Below, one piece after another: positions 29,285 to 42,985 of a DNA stretch of 64,000 bases. The stretch spans positions 31,930,001 to 31,994,000 of the forward strand of contig OZ024749.1 in assembly GCA_964016885.1 (NCBI GenBank). The letters run 5' to 3'. Below the pieces are notes generated by a model. The model was not told the DNA's origin. It saw nothing but the letters and a program-made list of their open reading frames with translations, and did no database searches. The stretch's first letter is position 1. Every line of letters starts with the position of its first letter. Position numbers and translations under genes: made by a program. Source of the stretch: Eledone cirrhosa. Its lineage: Eukaryota.

Positions 29285-29462
29285 TTGTTACTCTTATGGC
29301 ACAAGGCAAGCAATTACCTCAATGCATTACTGGTACTTTATTCTATCGACCCCGAAAGGATGAAAGGCAAAGTTAACCTCGGCGGGATTTGAACTCAGAC
29401 CGTAAAAGGGCCATAAATATATGCTGCAAAGCATGGTGTCCGATCCTCTACCGATACTGCCG
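29285..29462 (-). mobile_element. SINE A copy
   Basis: Core motif aaggatgaaaggcaaagttaacctcggcgggatttgaactcag. Confidence 0.85.
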
Positions 29463-29699
29463 AGAAATGTAATGTGATGCTCAATTACTCAATGGAAATT
29501 GAACTCATGCCCTTAAGATCGTGCACCGAACAGCCGAACCATTAAGCCACATGCCATCACCATAAAGCTTATGATTACAAAAATGAATATATTTATTAAA
29601 TGGTCTTTTACTATGAGAGCTCTCTAATGTGAAACGCAAACACAGAAGACCTATTATGATATTAAAGAGAGCCATTGAGGAAGATACATAACTATTACC

Positions 29700-29734
<35 letters not shown>

Positions 29735-29882
29735 TACTTTGTGAGGGCCATGTTGCCAATAAAAACACGCGCACCTGTTGGCTTTAACTTCAATTTATTA
29801 TAAATTTCCGGTTGGTTGGTTCGCAAAACAAATTCAAAAACAAATATATATATATATATACACGGTAATAGTTATGTATCTT

Positions 29883-29927
<45 letters not shown>

Positions 29928-30254
29928 CCCTCTATAATGAAACTCAAACGCTGAAGGCTTCTCAAGTCATTAAAGAGAGTCATTAAGTCATTGACGAAGA
30001 TATAGGAAGATGTATGGACGTAAGAGCCAAACATTGACAAAATAACTGTACTTGCACGATATAGTAGTTCGTGTCTTGTTAACGTCTTGGGGGTGTTTAA
30101 GTATTCAACAACAAAATCTCTGACAAACGACGAAGTTTCTACGTGGTTGCATGATCTCCAAGATATAGCAACCAAATCTCAATTCATCCTCATATATATT
30201 AAATGTATAATAACGGCAAAGTGTAGTTATCCATTTTCACATAGACACCGCACC

Positions 30255-30307
<53 letters not shown>

Positions 30308-30313
<6 letters not shown>

Positions 30314-30528
30314 GACAGGAGGGAAGAAAAAATGGCTTCACTTGTGCTTTCAACAAATTTATTTTCTTCACAAAATCCAAAAAGAATTTTTTTCCGGATT
30401 AGAAATAATTTTTTTTAAGAAAAAAATTTGTTCTAATCCGGAAAAAAATTCTTTTGGAATTTTGTGAAGAAAATAAATTTGTTGAAAGCACAAGTGAAGC
30501 CATTTTTTCTTCCCCCCCTGTCTTAATA
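30308..30528. mobile_element. Foldback element (~220-bp palindrome) next to a TA tract
   Basis: tattaagacaggagggaagaaaaaatggcttcacttgtg ... cacaagtgaagccattttttcttccccccctgtcttaata. Confidence 0.8.
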
Positions 30529-30732
30529 TACCTAACTGTACCAAGGATTACACACATTTTCCAATATATATATATATAGGAAAATGTTTGACCCTGACGG
30601 CAGAGCTCAAGCCGAAACGGCTTGAGCTCTGCAGTCGGGGTCAAGGATTTTCCGATTACCCACTCTACTACCGTAAGTATTGAGTACTCTGGTGCGTTAT
30701 GGTCCATCTGGTTCCTTACCACACCTCCTTCG

Positions 30733-30766
<34 letters not shown>

Positions 30767-30796
30767 TTGTATGTATGTATGTATGTATATATATGT

Positions 30797-31404
30797 CAGG
30801 TCACTAGTTGGTGCTACTGGTAACATGTATCCCAGTACAACCTGTCTCATGGTCGGGTCGTTGGCGACTAAACTGGCAACCCCACCAACGTTTCTTGGTG
30901 AGGAGGGTGACTTTGGACATCCTGCAGGACTAAAAACAAAACCTGTCAAAGGGCAAAGGAGCTCTTAAGAGTCAATGGCCATCCAAAATCACCGGGAGAG
31001 ATGACCCCTTGGCCTTTGTCAAGGCAGAATTCTAGGAGAAGGAAAACTCTGATATAACACCTGCAACCCTCATGGTATCCAATGATGTTGACTTGTTCTT
31101 CTTTTTGGTAAATATCATCTTGGTTAAGAGAGTGGAACTGGTTTTGTGCAGTGCCTTTGCTCACTATAAAAGCTTCACGGCACAGGCATTGCTTTATATC
31201 TGGAGATCTCTCTGCACTTGTCGTCACATGGTACTATGGGCCCAGCACTATGTGACAATAATTGTCACAAGTGTAGTGTTTGTACCAGAGTTTTCAAGTC
31301 GCTGGCTGGACTAAAAAGTGACACTCGTTCAGCGCATCGGTAGGGGTTCTCCTACATGGATATAAAGTAGTGGCCGTACTCGAAAACGAGTTGGCAGCCA
31401 CCAT
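30797..31404 (+). mobile_element. Non-coding repeat family C resembling an RTE-clade LINE 5' UTR (copy 1 of 3)
   Basis: Near-identical copies at 47589-48143 and 62809-63214. Motifs ggcgactaaactggcaacccc and ggagaaggaaaactctgat are recalled as typical of RTE 5' UTRs. Confidence 0.65.
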
Positions 31405-31418
31405 CTATATATATATAT

Positions 31419-31715
<297 letters not shown>

Positions 31716-32117
31716 AATACAAGGAAATATCTGATCGAAAGGCACTTTTTCTGCTAGTGTATATAACATTTACGTTAGATAGACTCACACAATATATGCA
31801 ACTTAAAAGTTAATGATTTATTTACAGAAATGAGAAAAGAAATCGATTGATATTTACTTTAACAAATCAATAATTACAACAACAACAAACACAACAAGAA
31901 AGAAAAGAAAATAGTATATAAAGACAATAAAATCGACAAGAAACATTTTAGTCTTATAAGTATCATCTGTGCTAATTGTGAACACCGATCCTTTAAACGT
32001 GTTTATTTTCGCATCGCTAATCCTCTTAACTTCAGCCAATAATTATGGTCTAATTATCTTTATTCCTTTTTATTCTTATTCTTAACGTTGTTTTTCGAGT
32101 TTAATAGTTCATTCTCC

Positions 32118-32160
<43 letters not shown>

Positions 32161-32352
32161 CACACACACACACAACAAACACACACACACACACACACAC
32201 ACATACATATATTACCGTTTGTCTTTCGACTCTTACTCCTTTAGACGGGATTGGGCTTATGTCAGACTCTGTGACTCCGGATTGACCAATCATACCGTTA
32301 GTAAGAGTCGAAACTGCCAAAGTCTATCCCAACGGCTGATGATCATGTGTAA

Positions 32353-32396
<44 letters not shown>

Positions 32397-32569
32397 CTGT
32401 ATGTATATGTATATGTATGTAAAAGGTGAACAGAAATAACAACACAATCGGTACAGTATATGGAAGGAATATATTAGGTTAACGCTTGAAATAGCAGGAA
32501 GTGAGTCTTAACGTGTCGGACACTAGTCCTTCACCAGAAGAAAGAATGAGAAATATATATATATATATA

Positions 32570-33020
32570 TACAATATTAAATAAATGGAAACTATATTTA
32601 TAAAACCATATTTATTTCATTATATATATTTCGGGGATATCATATTAATAATATGCTATGCCTTCCTCAGACAAAATACAATATAAACAGTTTTATAGAT
32701 AAATAGATTCGACATACCGTTATAACACCGACTTCCATTTGACGAGGTTTAAACTGGCAGTCTGAAATGGAAGTCGGTGTTATAACGGTATGTCGAATCT
32801 ATTTATCTATAAAACTGTTTATATTGTATTTTGTCTGAGGAAGGCATAGCATATTATTAATATGATATCCCCGAAATATATATAATGAAATAAATATGGT
32901 TTTATAAATATAGTTTCCATTTATTTAATATTGTAAATATACTCCAAATATTTGTCGAGTGCTTTTATATCAGTTATAAATATTTACTAGTTGTAACCCA
33001 ACAATTTTAAATATAACTTT

Positions 33021-33022
<2 letters not shown>
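32570..33022. mobile_element. Foldback family B: palindrome 32570-32935 with HHR on each arm
   Basis: Plus-strand ttttgt-CTGAGGA(32835)-aggcatagcatatt...aatatgatatcccc-GAAA-tatata-TA-atgaaa. Confidence 0.8.
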
Positions 33023-33072
<50 letters not shown>

Positions 33073-33078
<6 letters not shown>

Positions 33079-33395
33079 AATAAGATTTCGCTTCAAGCAT
33101 AGCTTTACACAAATATGTATAGAAATTTCGTATTTCTAAAGAAACACAGTTTTAGGAAGCCGTAGCTATGCAAACGCCGGGGCCGCAAGCGTTGGGAGCG
33201 ACCGTCCTGAAGTAGGCCAGTCAAGCCTGAAATGCATAGACGTTTGTCCCCCTTGCTTCTGCTTGACACCACCAGAGGACGTTAGCACCGGTGTTTGTAT
33301 CGTTACGGCTTTCTAAAACCGTGTTTCTTTAGAAATACGAAATTTCTATACATATTTGTATAAAGCTATGCTTGAAGCGAAATCTTATTTCTTTT
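33073..33395. mobile_element. Family H element with ~95-bp inverted termini and internal HHR-like motif (33203-33242)
   Basis: CGTC-CTGAAGT-aggc cagtcaa gcct-GAAA-tgca-TA-GACG. The termini are homologous to 20300-20410. Confidence 0.7.
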
Positions 33396-33414
33396 ATATA
33401 TATATATATATATA

Positions 33415-33700
33415 ATGGAAAAATTTGAACAGGGACAAAACAGAGAGGCAGTACAACAAATGTTTATTAATTTCACGCTCTGGAGAGTGGGGTGTTGGTG
33501 GGGGACGACGTTTCGGGCATAAGCCCTTCCTCAGGTGGGAAGTGTGTGGGAACAGAGTTCAAAAGGTGTGTAGGGGAGTGGTGGAGAGACATATAGCGAA
33601 AGGAAACGGTGCGAATGAAAAAATAAAGATAAAAATAAAAATAAAAATAAAGCATGATCAAAATACAAGGAATGAGATAAATTTAAAAATAAAGGCATGA
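33415..33700 (-). mobile_element. Family E pLTR-like fragment with minimal HHR (33505-33536)
   Basis: Reverse complement ac-CTGAGGA-agggc ttat gccc-GAAAC-GTC-gt. Paralog at 50890-51095. Confidence 0.75.
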
Positions 33701-33881
33701 TCAATATATATATATATTTCTCATTCTTTCTTCTTGTGAAGGACTAGCGTCCGAAACGTTACGACCCTCTTCCTGCTATTTCAAGCGTTAACCTAATATA
33801 TTCCTTCCATATACTGTAACGATTGTGTTGTTATTTCTGTTTACCTTTTACATACATATACATATACATACATACATATAC

Positions 33882-33922
<41 letters not shown>

Positions 33923-35145
33923 AAGTCCAGCATGAGTGTGTATGTATAGTCTTGTGTGTGCGTGTGTGTGTGTGTGTGTGTGTAAAGTGCAGCATGAGTG
34001 TGTATGTATAGTCTTGTGTGTGTGTGTGTGTGTGTGTGTAAAGTGCAGCATGAGTGTGTATGTATAGTCTTGTGTGAGTGTATGTATGTATTTGTAGGGC
34101 CAGGATGTCCGTGTATAACCGTGCTGTTGGATTGTGTGTGCGGTTGAGATGTTTCGTGTGAATGGGTCTCTCTTTTACGAGAGGGAGAGCGAGAGTGTGT
34201 GTGTGTGTGCGTGTGTATGTGTGCGTGTGTATGTGTGCATGTGTGCGTGCGTGTGTATGTATGTGTGTGTGTGTGAGTGTGTGCGTGTGTATGTGTGTAT
34301 GTGTGCGTGAGTGTGTATGTGTGCATGTGTGCGTGTGTGTGTATGTGTGTGTGTGTGTGTATGCGTGCTTGTGTATGTGTGCGTGTGCGTGCGTGTGTAT
34401 GTGTGAGCGTGTGCGTGTGTATGTGTGTATGTGTGCGTGCGTGTGTGTGTGTATGTGTGTGTATGGGTGCGTGCGTGCGTGTGTATGTGCGAGCGTGCGT
34501 GTGTGTGTGTCTGTGTGAAAGAAAAATAAAGATTGGTGATGAGACGAGGGTGATATATATATTTGGTATATATGCTTTTATTATACTTATTTGATATATA
34601 AGGAAGCAAATATTTCCGTTTGTAAATTCCATATACAGATGCTAACACTAACAACAAATAGACAAAGAAGAGTGTAACATTGGAGCTCCTTAAATCTACC
34701 CAAGAACGCAGTTGCTGCGAACAACTATTTGATGGACAAAGAAATCGATAATCGCCTTATCGATATATGACCACGACTGTTGAATTTATGATCCCCTAAG
34801 AAACAAAATACTGCTAACAGGGTCTATATATGTTCAGTCCACCAGAGACAATTTCTATAAGAACTGTGGAATCAATCATTCGGTGGTATTTCTAAAGCAA
34901 ACAACTCTATCGATCTGTTTATTGTTGCTGATATCGACTCCTCGCATTTGATTTAACAAACATATGGTCGAACGTTCTGTAGCTTAGAATATGCTGTCTT
35001 TTATTTAAGGATAGTGTAACTAGGAATATATTATATATACAATTCTTTTACTAGTTTCAGTCATTAGACAGCGGCCATGCTGGTGCACAGCTTCTGATTT
35101 TTACTTCTGTAAATAGACAGTGTTTATTTGGATTTGAGGAAGATA

Positions 35146-36098
35146 TTCTATCACACGTGTTCTCCCTATCACCCCTCTATCTAATACACTCTTCCTATCC
35201 CCTCTATCACATCTGTTCTCCCTATCACCCCTCTATCTAATACACTCTTCCTATCCCTTCTATCACATCTATTCTCCCTATCACCCCTCTATCTAATACA
35301 CTCTTCCTATACCCTCTATCGCATCTATTCTCCCTATCACCCCTCTATCTAATACACTCTTCCTATCCCCTCTATCACATCTGTTCTCCCTATCACCCCT
35401 CTATCTAATACACTCTTCCTATCCCCTCTATCACATCTGTTCTCCCTATCTCACCTTTCTCTAATACACTCTTCCTATCCCCTCTATCACATCTGTTCTC
35501 CCTATCACCCTTCTATCACATCTGTTCTCCCTATCACCCCTCTATCTAATACACTCTTCCTATCCCCTCTAATGCATCTGTTCTCCCTATCACCCCTCTA
35601 TCTAATACACTCTTCCTATCCCCTCTATCACATCTGTTCTCGCTATCACCCCTCTATCTAATACACTCTTCCTATCCCCTCTATCACATCTGTTCTCCCT
35701 ATCTCACCTTTCTCTAATACACTCTTCCTATCCCCTCTATCACATCTGTTCTCCCTATCAGCCCTCTATCTAATACACTCTTCCTATCCCCTCTATCACA
35801 TCTGTTCTCCCTATCACCCCTCTATCACATCTGTTCTCCCTATCACCCCTCTATCTAATACACTCTTCCTATCCCCTCTATCACATCTGTTCTCGCTATC
35901 ACCCCTCTATCTAATACACTCTTCCTATCCACTCTATCACATCTGTTCTCCCTATCTCACCTTTCTCTAATACACTCTTCCTATCCCCTCTATCACATCT
36001 GTTCTCGCTATCACCCCTCTATTTAATACACTCTTCCTATCCCCTCTATCGCATCTGTTCTCTCTATCACCCCTCTATCTAATACACTCTTCCTATCT
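35146..36098. repeat. 56-bp tandem minisatellite built from related 29- and 27-bp subunits (~17 units)
   Basis: tctatcacatctgttctccctatcacccc + tctatctaatacactcttcctatcccc; period measured 35161 to 35217. Confidence 0.9.
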
Positions 36099-36425
36099 AC
36101 TTAAGACGACAGTCAATAGTTTTAACTGGGTTTCTCTGACAACAAAATAATGCAATAAAACCTAACCGATGTCTACCATTACATATACACATACATACAT
36201 GCTGGCTGCCCCCTCGTTATCGAGTATGGCCATTGCACGATATACCATTATCATTAATTAGTAATACATTCTATCATGAAATGCCTGTACGTGAAGATGT
36301 TTATTAAAGTGAGGAAAGACTGTGCACTGAGCCAATCCCACTCTCTGACAGACAGTAGCTATAACCCGAAAAGAAGAAAAGATCATACAAACATACATAC
36401 ATACATACATACATACATACATACA

Positions 36426-36460
<35 letters not shown>

Positions 36461-36475
36461 TGTATATACATTATG

Positions 36476-37200
36476 ACATCACACCTTGAGGGATATCTCT
36501 ATGCAATACAGGAACAAGAACTCCCTACCAAATATCTGCTGCACAAAAGGGGAGGGCCAGCAGCTGACAATAAATGTAGGCTATGTAAAACAAAGATCGA
36601 GGATGTAAGCCACATTGTTGCCAGCTGCGAAAGAATGTCATCTCGCTACTACCTCCCATGAGACACGATGGGATAGCTAGAACCATCTGGAACACACTTC
36701 GGAAAACAAAATTACCAACAAACGAGGAAGAATATATTGAGACAGATGGCACTAAGGAATACTGGTGGAACCTGAAAATAAAAACTGCCACCAAATTAAA
36801 GCACAACCGGCCTGATATTGTTGTTTGGGACCACACATTGAAAACGTGTTCTGTTGTGGAGATCAGCTGCCCACTTGTAAACGTTGTCAGAAAAATACAG
36901 AAGAAGGAGGACATCTACGGACCATTGATGAGGAGTTTACAAATCCAGTATCCAAGATACACCTTTAGCTTCATACCCATCGTTATTGGTGCTACGGATT
37001 ATATACCAACCCGCTTGGACCAAAGTATGACTGAACTTGGATTTGCGGACAAAAAGCGCAGCTCCCTAATTCATAGTCTACAAATGGCTGCGATAGCTGG
37101 CACCTTCAAAATTTGCAAAATATTCTTGCGATTCAAGGGATGACAATTTCTTTTCTTTTACAACCTTTCCACCAGGAAGGTGGCCGGTCAAAAAAATATA
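36476..37200 (+). pseudogene. 3' end of R4/Dong-like non-LTR retrotransposon (CCHC finger + restriction-like endonuclease)
   Basis: EGYLYAIQEQ...CRLCKTKIEDVSHIVASC, a frameshift, then RHDGIAR...NRPDIVVWD...VVEISCP...FIPIVIGA. It is 5'-truncated and lies between (TACA)n and (TA)n. Confidence 0.8.
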
Positions 37201-37223
37201 CTCAAAATTAAGAGAAAGAGATA

Positions 37224-37296
<73 letters not shown>

Positions 37297-37347
37297 TATA
37301 AATACACATATATAAATATATATATAAATACACGTATATATATATAC

Positions 37348-37388
<41 letters not shown>

Positions 37389-37506
37389 TGTATATATACA
37401 TACATATATATATATAAATGAAGTGTTTCCGTGGTAAAGTAAAAGAGAGTGCTCTATGTAGGCTACAGAGATTTTTAGTTATGTAATAAACAACATAAGA
37501 TAATTA

Positions 37507-37568
37507 TTTCATTTACCAGTGGTTTCTTGACGGCAGATATTTATATATGTCTTCATTCATCAGAAAAA
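37507..37568 (-). ncRNA. Type I HHR (family A single arm)
   Basis: Reverse complement tttt-CTGATGA-atgaagacatatat...tctgccgtcaa-GAAAC-cactg-GTA-aatgaa. Confidence 0.65.
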
Positions 37569-37679
37569 TAATATGAAATCCATGAAAGCAGAGTATATAT
37601 CTTTAATATAGAAATGGCTTCTACAGGACTAGAAATGTTTCATTCTGGTGAAATCATCATATATATATATGTATAAATG

Positions 37680-37744
<65 letters not shown>

Positions 37745-37847
37745 TTATTTTCCTATGCTTTATTTTCCTATGCTTTGTTTGTACACTCCATATTCTTCTG
37801 AGTTTTTTGGCTTGTATTGGCCGATACTGCTTCTTATAGCTTTAATT

Positions 37848-37885
37848 GCCCTGATGAGTCCTTAATAGGACGAAACATTGTTGGC
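37848..37885 (+). ncRNA. Canonical-core minimal type I HHR in a ~290-bp island between TA tracts
   Basis: GCC-CTGATGA-gtcct taat aggac-GAAAC-att-GTT-GGC. Confidence 0.85.
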
Positions 37886-38032
37886 TAATAAAGACTTTTG
37901 ATGTATTGAAGGCTTCTTTGGTTTATTTTCATAATTCTTCGGCTCTGTTTAATTACATTGAGCTATACCTTTACTGCCATTTCTATAATACGAAGAGGGT
38001 GTTTAACTCCAACACACTCTAGTATTTTAATT

Positions 38033-38113
<81 letters not shown>

Positions 38114-38227
38114 GAAAAGTATAGAAATTGTTGTAGCGAGAAGCTAACAGTATTCCATAACATATATATATGTATATATATTTATGTGTGTTGGTGTGTG
38201 TGTGTGTGTATGTGTGTGTGTGTGTGT

Positions 38228-38305
<78 letters not shown>

Positions 38306-39019
38306 TATCTGTCTATGTGATAGGGAATGTAAATATTCCTGAAAATATATAATTTTCTCATATATTTAATTACATACAACTAGAGGCAGCTGTTTAGCTA
38401 TATCTTACCTCATCAGTGAAAAGTATGGCTAATTACATATAAACTATTATATTCAGATACTCCAAACCGAAATAAATACTCGATATTTTTTTCATTCATA
38501 ATAAATGGTACTGTGACGTTTTCAGAAATATTGAGAATGGTATAAAATGGTAAACTTGTAAATTAAATAAAACAGCTGTTTGATTATTTGATAGTAAACT
38601 TCAGGAAAATTTCTGTAGCAGCTTAATTAATTTCTTATGGTTCCAGTCAGTCTAGTCATAGATGAAGTTATGCGGGCATTTGTGTGCGTTGTTAATGTGA
38701 TCAGACTTTAAAATAAAGGGCTTCTAGGTTCATTCGCAAACCGCGACAGATTGTCCAAGTATCTTAAGCTTTTGGCCATTACTTTAACATTGGTTTGTCA
38801 GTGAAACCCACTGTAATCACATACACACACACACACAGTGATAAACATTGAATTAACTATAGAGATATAAAAGATGCAGAAGCGATAACCAACCTAACAG
38901 TGTGTGTGTTCTGTTATTATTTCTGGCAATATTATTACAACAATATGACCATGTAAGGATGAAAGGCAAAGTTAACCTCGGCAGGATTTGAACTCAGACC
39001 ATAAAGTGACGTAATTCTA

Positions 39020-39600
39020 TGCTGCTTAATTCTAGGCTTCTTAATATTCTCTACCAGATATTTTGTCTTAATCTCATTCATTCTTAGCCCCACTCTCATC
39101 AATACAGTCTCAACCTCCTGCATCAAATCCTCTGCCTCCTTTACTGTGCTTGTCATCAAAACTATGTCGTCGGCAAATTCAGCATCCGATATCTTTTTTG
39201 CCTTAAGACAGTGTTCAAACCGGCCAAAACCGGCCAGAATTCTCTACCTCTTTCTGTTGAAATTGGCTGTAACTGGTCGCTCACACTGATGTTAATGTAT
39301 TGTTTTCAAAATAAATGCTTTCAAAATCTCATAGATTCGATCTTATGTGAGATAATTATGCGAGGTAAAGCCTTTACCATGAAAATATAATAGTATATAT
39401 AGAGTAATGTGAATGCTAAAGGGTTAACTCTCCTGCTCTGAGCCGGTGTTACAGTAAATCCAGAGTGCTGGTGTTTCTCCAGTGCAAGGCGCATACAATG
39501 ACCCACTACGATGATAAAAAAGAAGGGAGCTAATGTATCACCCTGGAGCACTCCAGGCAGTATCTCAAAGAATTCTGTCATCCCATCAGGTATAATGACT
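39020..39600 (-). pseudogene. RTE-clade reverse transcriptase fragment
   Basis: GVLQGDTLAPFFFIIVV ... SRRV/KAKKISDAEFADDIVL ... VGLRMNEIKTKY, interrupted by a TTAA-flanked insert. Confidence 0.8.
39207..39423. mobile_element. TTAA-inserting (piggyBac-like) non-autonomous element
   Basis: TTAA occurs at 39203-39206 and 39424-39427. Removing the insert restores the RT frame. The right end reads gctaaaggg (CCC terminus on the minus strand); the left end is degenerate. Confidence 0.65.
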
Positions 39601-39619
39601 TTTCATTATTTGCCTACAG

Positions 39620-39681
<62 letters not shown>

Positions 39682-39683
<2 letters not shown>

Positions 39684-39778
39684 GAGGTGTCACAAAAATG
39701 TATACACAGTTCAACAGCATTCTAATAAATATTGCCTGTCCAGGTAATCAAAGTGTGTGTACATTTTGTGGGATTACA
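39682..39778. mobile_element. Empty paralog of the MITE at 8243-8532
   Basis: cattctaataaatattgcctgtccaggtaatcaaagtgtg, carrying a single copy of the TSD sequence. Confidence 0.75.
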
Positions 39779-39794
39779 CACACACACACACACA

Positions 39795-39839
<45 letters not shown>

Positions 39840-40067
39840 GTTTTTTCTATGTGTGAGCGCAAAGAAGCTCCATCAGTGAATTGGTATGAAAAAATACTTC
39901 TCTTGTAATGCAATTTTTATTTGAACTCTTTCAATAAAGCAAATGTTATGAAAACCTATACATATGCGTTACTACAAGATATCATATTTTTACCTTACAT
40001 CTTCCGATATACTCATTATGTGTGCATATATATATATATATGTGTGTGTATGTATGTATGTATGTAT

Positions 40068-40144
<77 letters not shown>

Positions 40145-40205
40145 ATATGTATGATATATATAATATACATATATATAATATATATATTATGTATATATGA
40201 TATAC

Positions 40206-40282
<77 letters not shown>

Positions 40283-40324
40283 AAGAAATAAAAAAAGCAA
40301 GGCCAACTCATGGTTCTTTCAATG

Positions 40325-40462
<138 letters not shown>

Positions 40463-40706
40463 CATTGAAAGAGTCGTGCAGTATCTAGAGTGTTGCCGGT
40501 CAAAAATGGAATAATTGCATTGATATGTATATTTAATATGTTAATATATATACATATATATATTCTTATGTTTAGCCTAGAAATTCACCCCCTCTTTTCT
40601 GTTATTTGCTATATTGCATACATAGAAAATGTTTTAATGTGCCCACCTTTATATACATATATATATATATTCAATAATATATATATATATATATATATAC
40701 ATATAA

Positions 40707-40737
<31 letters not shown>

Positions 40738-40760
40738 CGCATATACACATATATATGTAA

Positions 40761-40809
<49 letters not shown>

Positions 40810-40820
40810 TATATATATAC

Positions 40821-40865
<45 letters not shown>

Positions 40866-40871
40866 TATGTA

Positions 40872-40926
<55 letters not shown>

Positions 40927-40937
40927 TGTATATATGG

Positions 40938-40992
<55 letters not shown>

Positions 40993-41015
40993 TATGTAAA
41001 TGTATATACATATAT

Positions 41016-41094
<79 letters not shown>

Positions 41095-41117
41095 TATGTA
41101 AATGTATATACATATAT

Positions 41118-41181
<64 letters not shown>

Positions 41182-41198
41182 TATACATACATAAATAT

Positions 41199-41253
<55 letters not shown>

Positions 41254-41399
41254 ACCACCCACACACCTATATACACACATGTATAGACATACACATACAT
41301 ATGTAAATATATAAACAGGATAGAATTTTGAATTCACTGGGTTGATAACAACTTTAGAGAAAATGTATCACTACATTTACCAATACCGCCTACGACACA

Positions 41400-42680
41400 A
41401 ACATCACCACCAATAACAGCATCACCACCGACACCAACTACCACAACAGAAACATCACCACTGACAACTCCAACACCACCACCAACATCAACTACACCAT
41501 CACCACCACCAACAACAACAGCAGCAGCACCACCACCAACACCAACACCATCACCACCACCAACAACAACAACAGCAGGTACCACCACCAACACCAACAC
41601 CATCACCACCACCAACAACAACAACAACATCACCACCACCACCACCAACAGCAGCAGCACCACCAACACTAACACCATCACCACCAACAGCAGCACCACC
41701 AACACCACCACCAACATCAACAACACCATCACCGCCACCAACACCATCACCAACACCATCACCACCACACCAACACTATCACCAACACCATCACCACCAC
41801 CAACAACAACAACAACAGCAGCACCAACACCGACACCATCACCATCACCACCACCACCAACACCATCACCACCACCACCACCAACACCATCACCACCAAC
41901 ACCATCATCACCAACACCATCACCACCACCAACACCATCACCAACACCATCACCACCACCAACACCATCACCACCACCACCACTACGATCACCACCAACA
42001 CCATCACTACCAACACCAACAGCATCACCACCAAAACCAACACCATCACTAACACCATCACCACCATCACCACTACCATCACCACCACCATCACCACCAA
42101 CACCATCACTACCCACACCAACACCAACAATACCACACCACCACCAAACCAACAACACCATCACCACCACCACATCACCACCACCACACCAACACCATCA
42201 CCACCATCACCATCACCACTACCATCACCAACACCATCATCAACAACTGCACTCTCACAGCACCAACACCAACACCACACCACCACCACCAAACCAACAA
42301 CACCATCACCACCACCACATCCCCACCACCACACCAACACCATCACCACCAACACCATCACCAAACCAACAACACCATCACCACCACCACACCAACACCA
42401 TCACCACCATGACCACTACCATCACCACCACCATCACTACCAAGACCATCACCAACACCATCACCACCATCACCACTACCATCACCACCACCATCACTAC
42501 CAACACCATCACCACCATCACCACCACCATCACCACCACCATCACTACCAACACCTTCACCAACACCATCACCACCACCATCACTACCAACACCATCACC
42601 AACACCATCACCACCACCATCACTACCAACACCATCACCAACAACAGCACTCTCGCAGAACCACCAACACCAACACCGCC
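41400..42680. repeat. Degenerate (ACC/ATC/AAC)n tract
   Basis: Direct reading. Confidence 0.9.
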
Positions 42681-42985
42681 ACAACTTTTAAGCCTTTTTA
42701 ATCTAAACAACAACAAAAAACATCACCAATATTAAAATCCATGTTGAATTATTTCAATTCAAGACCGCCCTAGGCCTAGAACCCTTCGCCCTCCTGGTTT
42801 TCCCCGCCCATTCTTCTATGACCCTAGACCCCTTGTATTTTCCTTCCTTTGCGCTTTTTATAATGTAATTTGTACAGAATTCTTTAATTTTCTAATCTAT
42901 TATTTTATGTTTACTATATATAAAACAATTAATTTATATAGAAGGGGAAATTAAAAATTATACGCATTTTGTGTCTGTAATTTAT

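Noticed and set aside
30458-30500. GTGAAGA...GAAA in the 30308-30528 palindrome as an HHR
   Set aside because: C3 is missing and there is no convincing stem III/NUH/stem I'. The palindrome was kept as a feature but no ribozyme was called.
30946-31314. Recurrent 75-93-aa ORFs in family C copies
   Set aside because: No recognisable domain. The ORF ends differ between copies, and recurrence only reflects repeat identity.
35146-36098. Regular repeat array superficially like CRISPR
   Set aside because: No unique spacers, eukaryotic context and no cas genes; it is a minisatellite.
38385-38420. Minus-strand CTGATGA...TAAAC motif
   Set aside because: GAAA, stem II and the cleavage site are all degenerate.
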